From positions 1,440,001 through 1,472,000 of the forward strand of contig NC_003551.1 in the NCBI RefSeq assembly GCF_000007185.1: DNA of 32,000 bases, given 5' to 3'. The notes below the pieces were generated by a model. That model did not search any database and had not been told where the DNA came from. It saw only the letters and a list, made by a program, of their open reading frames with translations. This document shows, piece after piece, positions 18,332-24,556 of this stretch; within the stretch, counting starts at the first letter, position 1, and each line of letters opens with the position of its first letter. Made by a program: the position numbers and the translations under genes. Origin of the DNA: Methanopyrus kandleri AV19. Lineage in GTDB: Archaea; JAADCQ01; Methanopyri; Methanopyrales; Methanopyraceae.

Positions 18332-19861
18332 GTGAGGGGGGAAGAGACCTTGGCGGAAGTCGTGTTGACGATGGATCGTACGCTGGCCAGCAATTACCGC
18401 GGCGGTATGTTCATGGGGTTCAGTGCCTGCGTACCGAAGGGGATCATACCCGACTGGCTGTACTTCTCGGTGTTCTGCCCCAGCGTCGAGTACGACGAGG
18501 AAACTGGGGAGGTTAAGGAAGCCCCCTTGGGCATACGACGCATCGAGGCGCAGCTGCGGCGGGAAGGTTACGACGTGGCCGTGGTCCACCCGGATGCCGT
18601 TCACAAGGCCATCGACGAGGACACCATCGCTGTCGGAGTTTCCGAGATAGACCCCCAGGGGATGGGTCCGGCCACGACGACTTTCACGTCCTTCTCCGGT
18701 AAGCCGGCGTACATGAAGGTATGCTTCGAGGACCTCATGGAGAGAATCCGCGAGCTGAAGGATCGCTACGGGTTTGGAGTGTTCATGGGAGGACCGGGCG
18801 CTTGGCAGGTCGCCGAGACGTTCCCACGCTTCGGGGTCGACTTCCTGATAATGGGTGAAGGGGAGTACGTGGTCGGAGAGGTCGTACGCAGGATCGAGGA
18901 GGGGGACCGCGGTCTCGAGATCGTCCGCGGTAAGCCGGTAGCGGCGGAGGATATACCCACGATCGTCAACCCTACTACCAACGGAATCGTTGAGGTGGCC
19001 CGTGGCTGCGGTCGTGGATGCAAGTTCTGCAGCCCGGACATGCGCGAGCTCAGGAGTTTCCCGCTGAGTAAGATCCTGGAAGATGTCGACGTTAACGTAC
19101 GCGGAGGCCATGAGGAGATTCTACTCCACGCGGAGGACGTGTTGCGTTACAAGGCGGACGGATGGCGGCCCAACGTCGAGGCGGTGCTGGAGCTGTTCTC
19201 GGCCGTGATGAATCGGCCGGGAGTTAAGCGCGTCAGCGTGAGCCACGTGGCACTTTCGACGGTCTGTCAGTTCGATGAGAGACTAGGAGAGATCTCTGAG
19301 GTGGCAGGTGTAGGCGAGCTCGTACCCTGGATGGGCGCACAAGTAGGTGTGGAAACGGGCAGCCCGAGGTTGATGGCCGAACACATGCCGGGTAAGGTGG
19401 CCCCGTACAAGGTGGAGGAGTGGCCGGACGTCGTCGAGCAAGCGTTCGGGATCATGAACGATCACGGCTGGGTGCCCTGCGGAACTCTCATCTTAGGACT
19501 ACCGGGCGAGACCGAGGACGACGTCATGATGACGGTCGAACTCTTGGACCGGTTGCGGGACTACAAGAGCTTCATCGTGCCGTTGTTCTTCGTACCGATC
19601 GGTGAATCCAGACTGAGCGATCACGATTTCTTCACCCCGGAGAAACTCACCGAGGTGCACTGGGAGGTCATCTTGAAGTGTGTCGACCACGACCTGAAGT
19701 GGTTGCCGGAGCTGTACGAGGAGTACGCTCGAGCCAACGGACACGGGCCGCTGGTGAAGCTGACGATCCGAGCGCTGACGTGGTACGGACGTCGGAAGAT
19801 CTTCAAATCCGCCCTCAAGTGGTGCCCGGAAAAGGAGCTTGTGGAGGCGGTGTTAGGGTAG
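18332..19861 (+). CDS. Radical SAM protein with N-terminal B12-binding-like (Rossmann) domain, COG1032 type
   Basis: 509-aa ORF (GTG 18332; ATG 18371 is an alternative). The N-terminal half has a GYDVAVVHPD...IAVGVSEID layout. The radical SAM motif is VEVARGCGRGCKFCSP. The minus-strand ORF 18269-19111 is its antisense shadow. Confidence 0.8.
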   Translation: MRGEETLAEVVLTMDRTLASNYRGGMFMGFSACVPKGIIPDWLYFSVFCPSVEYDEETGEVKEAPLGIRRIEAQLRREGYDVAVVHPDAVHKAIDEDTIAVGVSEIDPQGMGPATTTFTSFSGKPAYMKVCFEDLMERIRELKDRYGFGVFMGGPGAWQVAETFPRFGVDFLIMGEGEYVVGEVVRRIEEGDRGLEIVRGKPVAAEDIPTIVNPTTNGIVEVARGCGRGCKFCSPDMRELRSFPLSKILEDVDVNVRGGHEEILLHAEDVLRYKADGWRPNVEAVLELFSAVMNRPGVKRVSVSHVALSTVCQFDERLGEISEVAGVGELVPWMGAQVGVETGSPRLMAEHMPGKVAPYKVEEWPDVVEQAFGIMNDHGWVPCGTLILGLPGETEDDVMMTVELLDRLRDYKSFIVPLFFVPIGESRLSDHDFFTPEKLTEVHWEVILKCVDHDLKWLPELYEEYARANGHGPLVKLTIRALTWYGRRKIFKSALKWCPEKELVEAVLG

Positions 19862-20179
19862 ATGGAGTGCCGGGTGAAAGTGTTCCTCTGCGCGGACGGA
19901 CGACCCGTGATGGGTCCAGGCCGGTACGCACTGCTGAAAGCCATCTCCGAGGAGGGAACGGTCAAAGGAGCGGCGGAGCGATTGGGCTGGTCGTACGGGT
20001 ACGCCAGGCGGAGCATCGAGGCCCTCGAGAGGGCGTTCGGTCGCAAAGTCGTCCAAACGGAGAGGGGAGGGCCTGAGGGCGGCCGGGCTTCACTCACGGA
20101 CTTCGGTCGTAAGTTAGTCGAGGAGTACGAGCGGGCTATGAAAGAGGTCCGCGAGAAGGGCCTCAAGCCGATTCTCTGA
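19862..20179 (+). CDS. ModE N-terminal-domain-type winged-helix DNA-binding protein (stand-alone, no Mop domains)
   Basis: ATG immediately follows the TAG of the upstream gene. GPGRYALLKAISEEGTVKGAAERLGWSYGYARRSIEALERAFGRKVVQTERGGPEGGRASLTDFGRKL matches the ModE/COG2005 HTH consensus. Confidence 0.8.
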   Translation: MECRVKVFLCADGRPVMGPGRYALLKAISEEGTVKGAAERLGWSYGYARRSIEALERAFGRKVVQTERGGPEGGRASLTDFGRKLVEEYERAMKEVREKGLKPIL

Positions 20180-20975
20180 GGATGTCCGCTATCCCCTTAA
20201 CGCGCACTAGGCGGTACTCCCCTTCCCTGACCACCGGTTTGTATCGAGCCAGCTCCAGTTTGCGCTCCGTCGTTATTTCGTACAGGTTGACGCTGACAGT
20301 GCTCTCCGAGAACTCGATCACGTTGAAAGAGTTCCTACTGTATCCCCGGAGCTTGGTGGCCGAGAACGTGCCGGCGTTCACCACCACGGTGTCCTCCACC
20401 TTCGCCGCGAATGGCACGTGTCGGTGACCGCACAGGACTAAGTCGACACCGTACTTGATACAGAGGTTGATCATCTCGCCGGCATCCACGAGCACGTTCC
20501 TCTCCCTACCCGCGCCCGGTACAGGAAGCAGGTGATGGTGCATCGCAATACACTTGCAGGCGCCGCCCGGAATGCGTCGCAGGGTCTCTTCCAACCATTC
20601 CTGTCGTTCTCTTCCGAGCTGGCCGTAATCGACGTCCGGCTCCGACGAGTCCAACCCTACCACGTAAAGATCGGCCGAGACACGCTCAACCCTGTACCGA
20701 TCGCCGAACACGTCTTCGAAGGTCATCCATCCAAGGTTTCTCGCGTCGTGGTTACCCGGGACGGGGACCACCGGAGCTTCTATCTTTTCAAGCAGTGAGG
20801 ATACCTCCTCGTACTCTCGGACTAACCCGTTGTCGGTGAGATCGCCGGTGACGATGACCACGTCCGGTCTGAGGTCGTTAATCTGCTCGATGCCCCGATA
20901 GAATACCTCGGGGCTCCAACTCTTTCTGTACGGTGAAATGTGAAGGTCGGAAATGTGAACGATTTTGGCGTTCAA
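20163..20975 (-). CDS. Calcineurin-like metallophosphoesterase
   Basis: TTG start overlaps the upstream TGA (TTGA) and is preceded by AGGGTGAT. All canonical motifs are present: ISDLH, GDLTD, GNHD, MHHH, GHRH. Confidence 0.88.
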   Translation of the reverse strand: MNAKIVHISDLHISPYRKSWSPEVFYRGIEQINDLRPDVVIVTGDLTDNGLVREYEEVSSLLEKIEAPVVPVPGNHDARNLGWMTFEDVFGDRYRVERVSADLYVVGLDSSEPDVDYGQLGRERQEWLEETLRRIPGGACKCIAMHHHLLPVPGAGRERNVLVDAGEMINLCIKYGVDLVLCGHRHVPFAAKVEDTVVVNAGTFSATKLRGYSRNSFNVIEFSESTVSVNLYEITTERKLELARYKPVVREGEYRLVRVKGIADILRESA

Positions 20976-21505
20976 TCACCCTTACCCCGTGACTTCAACA
21001 GCTTCACCGCCCGCACCGGGTCGCCGTTCGCCTCCTCCAACGCACGTCTCGCCTCTTCTTCCGAGACTCCGGCAGCCTCCGCCACGACCTCGACGGTCTC
21101 TTCCTCCGGCTCGGACTCACTGGTCTCCCGTAGGATCTCATCCAGATCCTTCTTTCCAAGGAGGTACTCCGCCAGCTTCTTCTTCCACCACATGTACTCC
21201 TCCGGGCTCATTCCGATGCGCTGCAGCGTCGAGTCCCGTAACGGACACGGCTTGGTGATCTTACAGCACCACACTAGGCTACCGAAACACGTGTTCTTCC
21301 CCGAGCCCAGCGGAGTCTTCTCCGCGAACTCCTTCTTCCTCCGCACATATTCCTCGGGGTCGAGGCCCGCCTCGTCCAACGCGTGAAAAATCGGACAAGG
21401 TTTTACGGGTGGGCAGCAGAAGGCGAGCGCCTCCGGGGGTCCTCCACGGCACACGTGCGACGGGGCGTCCGGCCAGCCTTCCTTAACCACGTTCATATCG
21501 ATCAC
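20972..21505 (-). CDS. Uncharacterised Cys-rich protein: duplicated C-x(6-10)-CC-x5-CP module plus C-terminal UBA-like domain
   Basis: Two internal repeats, CRGGPPEALAFCCPPVKPCPIFHALDEAGLDPEEYVRRKKEFAE and CFGSLVWCCKITKPCPLRDSTLQRIGMSPEEYMWWKKKLAE. These are followed by an acidic linker and then VSEEEARRALEEANGDPVRAVKLL, which resembles the UBA domain of archaeal NAC. GTG 21505 overlaps the atwA stop; ATG 21496 with AGGAG 8 nt upstream is an equally good start. Confidence 0.75.
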   Translation of the reverse strand: MIDMNVVKEGWPDAPSHVCRGGPPEALAFCCPPVKPCPIFHALDEAGLDPEEYVRRKKEFAEKTPLGSGKNTCFGSLVWCCKITKPCPLRDSTLQRIGMSPEEYMWWKKKLAEYLLGKKDLDEILRETSESEPEEETVEVVAEAAGVSEEEARRALEEANGDPVRAVKLLKSRGKGD

Positions 21506-23100
21506 TCCTGTCGAATCATCTCTTCTCGTTCCTCGGGTGTCAGTTCGCGGACGATCTCCTCTGGATCTCCTGTCTTAACGAATTTTCCATCCCGCATCAG
21601 TGAAGCACGGTCGCAAACCATGAGAACGAAGTCCATGTCGTGGGAGACTATCACGAACGTCTGGTTCATCTCCTTCCTAGCGTTCAGGATCGATTTCGCG
21701 ACCTTGCGCATAGTGATCGGGTCCATGGTACCAGTCGGCTCGTCAAGGATCAGTATACGTGGCTCTCTGATGAGTACCTGGGCTAGTGCTACCCGGTGCC
21801 TCTCGCCTTCGGAGAGCTGGTCCGGGTACTTGTCCAGGATGTTAACGGCCTTCTTCTCGTCGAACCCGACTACCTTCAGGACGTGAACGGCCTTCATCCT
21901 GGCGAGCTCGTCCGGCAGCTCGATACCAATGGCCTTAGTGAGGTTCTCCAGCACGGTGCGGTGCGGGTAGAGCGTGTACTGCTGGTGCAACATCCCGATG
22001 TACCGCTTCGCCCGACCCCGTTCACGACGGTCGGTCATATCGACCCAGTCGTCACCCACCCGCACGTACACCTCGCCTTCGGTCGGCTCCAGCACGCCCG
22101 CGAGGATCTTCGCCAGCGTGGTCTTGCCCGCTCCGCTCTTTCCTACGATTCCGTAGACCTCGGCCTCCTTCACGTCCAGCGAGACTCCGTCCACGGCCTT
22201 CACGACGCCGCGCTCGATCGAGTAGTAGTACTTCTTGACGTCCTTGACACGGATGATGTCATCTCCGACCTCCACCTCCTCCCGCTCGACCTCCTCCACG
22301 AGCTCCAGGTACTTGCTGACGACCTCGGAGGGTTCGCCTACCTCCTTCACGCACCCGTCCTCCAGCCACACGGCCTTGTCGGAGATGTCCTCGATCACCT
22401 CGGGCCAGTGAGACGTGATCACCATGGTGATACCTTCTTCCTTCACACCCTCACGAAGGGCCTTGTGCACGATGTCCGCTGTCTCCGGGTCGAGGGTACC
22501 GGTGGGTTCGTCCGCCAGGAACACGATCGGCTTCTTCGCCAACTGTCGGATCAACACCACACGCTGCTTTTCGCCACCGCTCAGGTCTCGCGCCAGGTGC
22601 GTGATGCGGTGCTCGAGCTGCACCATCTCGATGAGGTCCACCGCACGCTGGACGGCTTCCTCTCCCGAGTAGCCCGCCTCTTCAAGCGCCTCCATGACGT
22701 TCTCGAGAACCGTCTGCTCCTCGTACAGGGCGAAGGTTCGCTGGAACATGATGGCGATCCTTTTACGGAACCTGCGGCGCTCCGTGTCCGAGAGTCCCCA
22801 CAGATCGACCACTTCCTCTTCCAGCTTTCCCTTCTCACACTTCGGACATTGCTCACCGATGAACTCCGGACGCTCTATCCAGCCGCACTCGGGGCACATT
22901 CCCACCCTGTAGAGAATGCGGCCCTCGTCGGGCTCGTAGTCGTCCAATCCCTTCAGCACGTGGATGAAGACGGACTTGCCTGCGCCGCTTTCTCCGAGGA
23001 CTCCGAGGACCTCCCCTTCCCCGATCTCGAGCTCCGGAATCTCCAAGCGGAAGTCCTCGAACTCCTTGACTAAGTCCTCCACGCGGATTACCCACGACAC
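21502..23100 (-). CDS. atwA: Methyl-coenzyme M reductase system component A2 (double ABC ATPase)
   Basis: 532 aa, with two ABC cassettes (GESGAGKS...LSGGEKQR...LADEPTG and GKSGAGKT...LSEGERHR...LDEPTG). The first cassette carries the Zn-ribbon-like insert CPECG...CPKCEKG that I associate with AtwA. GTG start. Confidence 0.85.
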   Translation of the reverse strand: MSWVIRVEDLVKEFEDFRLEIPELEIGEGEVLGVLGESGAGKSVFIHVLKGLDDYEPDEGRILYRVGMCPECGWIERPEFIGEQCPKCEKGKLEEEVVDLWGLSDTERRRFRKRIAIMFQRTFALYEEQTVLENVMEALEEAGYSGEEAVQRAVDLIEMVQLEHRITHLARDLSGGEKQRVVLIRQLAKKPIVFLADEPTGTLDPETADIVHKALREGVKEEGITMVITSHWPEVIEDISDKAVWLEDGCVKEVGEPSEVVSKYLELVEEVEREEVEVGDDIIRVKDVKKYYYSIERGVVKAVDGVSLDVKEAEVYGIVGKSGAGKTTLAKILAGVLEPTEGEVYVRVGDDWVDMTDRRERGRAKRYIGMLHQQYTLYPHRTVLENLTKAIGIELPDELARMKAVHVLKVVGFDEKKAVNILDKYPDQLSEGERHRVALAQVLIREPRILILDEPTGTMDPITMRKVAKSILNARKEMNQTFVIVSHDMDFVLMVCDRASLMRDGKFVKTGDPEEIVRELTPEEREEMIRQE

Positions 23101-23139
23101 CGTCGGTTTCCCCCCACTTCGTCGCCAAGAGACACCTCA

Positions 23140-23153
23140 ACATCTTATTAGGT
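23140..23153. promoter_or_regulatory. Candidate shared TATA-like element between divergent atwA and kptA
   Basis: ACATCTTATTAGGT is the only AT-rich string in the 75-nt divergent spacer. Its centre is about 47 nt from the atwA GTG and about 29 nt from the kptA TTG. Confidence 0.25.
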
Positions 23154-23175
23154 TGTCCGAACGAGGGGGAGGTCC

Positions 23176-23880
23176 TTGAAACCTATCCGGGTATGCCCGG
23201 AGTGTGGCAAGTACACGGAAAAACATACCTGCGAGCGGTGTGGTCGGCGCACCGAGGAGTTTTTGGACGGGCGGCGAAGGCTCGCGCTTAGCAAGCTCCT
23301 CTCGGGTATCCTCCGGCACTTCCCCGAAGAGGTGAAGGTGAAACTCGACGACGAGGGTTTCACGGACTGCGACGTACACGAGCTGGCGGAGCGCATCAAG
23401 AAGTACTGGAAGAACCGCGAGTACTATCGTTGGCTCACTGGCGAGCACATCATCGCGGTTGTAGAGACCTGCCCCAAGGGCCGGTTCGAGATCGACGAAC
23501 ATGGCCGTATTCGGGCGAGGTACGGTCATTCGAGGCGTCTCAGTGTCAGGCCGACGCTCCCAGAAGCCGAGAACGTCAAGGAACTGTACCACGGCACGGC
23601 ACGTGAGAACCTGGAGTCTATACTCCAGCACGGAATCAAGCCGATGGGCAGACGGGCGGTGCACCTGACGGACGACGAGCGTGAGGCCCTGATCACGGCG
23701 CTCCGTCACACTCGGAATCCGGTGATACTGGTCGTCGACGCGGAACGGCTTCGACGGCATGGGTTGGTCCCCAGGAAAGCTGGCAAGAACGTCTACGTGG
23801 TGGAAGGAACGGTGCCTCCGGACTGCATCACTCGCGTGATCCGGAACCCAAGGAGGTCCGTCGAGAGTGAAAAGCGCTGA
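23176..23880 (+). CDS. kptA: RNA 2'-phosphotransferase (Tpt1/KptA) with an N-terminal Nop10-like zinc ribbon
   Basis: TTG start after GGGGGAGGT. KptA motifs [43 protein letters not shown]. The N-terminal [26 protein letters not shown] is a CxxC...CxxC ribbon. Confidence 0.88.
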
Positions 23881-24556
23881 ATGGTTCGAGGCCAGCACCG
23901 AGGAGGAGCGCGTAGAAATTCAGCGGAAGGTAGCCCGTAAGGTCCGACTGGAACCGCTCGACGACGTGGACGCCGTCGCTGGGGTAGACGTCTCTTACCG
24001 CGGTGAAGAGTACCGGGCCGCCGCGGTGGTTCTGGACCCCGAAACCTACGAAGTGCTCGACCGTCGAGTGGTCCACGGGACTACGGACGTCCCCTACGAG
24101 CCCGGGTTCCTGGCGTTCCGTGAGGGTCCACCGGCCCTGGAGGCTCTCGAGGGACTGGACTTCGACCTGCTGTTCGTCCACGGCCACGGCGTAGCCCACC
24201 CTAGGCGGGCCGGTCTCGCTTCCCACCTCGGAGTGGCCCTAGACGTCCCGACGATAGGGGTGGCGCGGCGTCCGCTCGTGGGCAGGTCGAAGGAGGAACC
24301 GAGTAGGATAGGCGATACCACACCCCTCGTACATAGAGGTGAGGTAGTCGGCTACCTCGTACGAACCGACGCCGAAGCCCGGCCCGTAGTGGTGAGCCCG
24401 GGCCATCGGTGTAACCTCGAGGACGCCGTGAGATGGACGCTGCGCCTCGTCCGAGTGGGAAAGTGGCCAGAGCCGCTGCGTCTGGCCGATCTGCTCTCAC
24501 GTAGAGGAGCATCACGGGTAGAGGGTGAAAGTCGTGGCGCTGGTGTACGACGCTGA
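23867..24556 (+). CDS. nfi: Endonuclease V (deoxyinosine 3' endonuclease)
   Basis: GTG start overlaps the kptA 3' end by 14 nt. Motifs [48 protein letters not shown]. The conserved Asp of the xDGxG motif is His here (FVHGHG, codon 24179-24181). Confidence 0.88.

Noticed and set aside
18269-19111. 280-aa minus-strand ORF
   Set aside because: It lies entirely antisense to the well-supported radical SAM gene (18332-19861). Its composition is Arg/His/Asp-rich with no motifs, typical of a shadow ORF in GC-rich DNA.
21796-23073. 425-aa plus-strand ORF
   Set aside because: Antisense shadow of atwA. Its Leu/Arg/His/Asp-rich, repetitive composition is not protein-like, whereas atwA on the other strand has two complete ABC cassettes.
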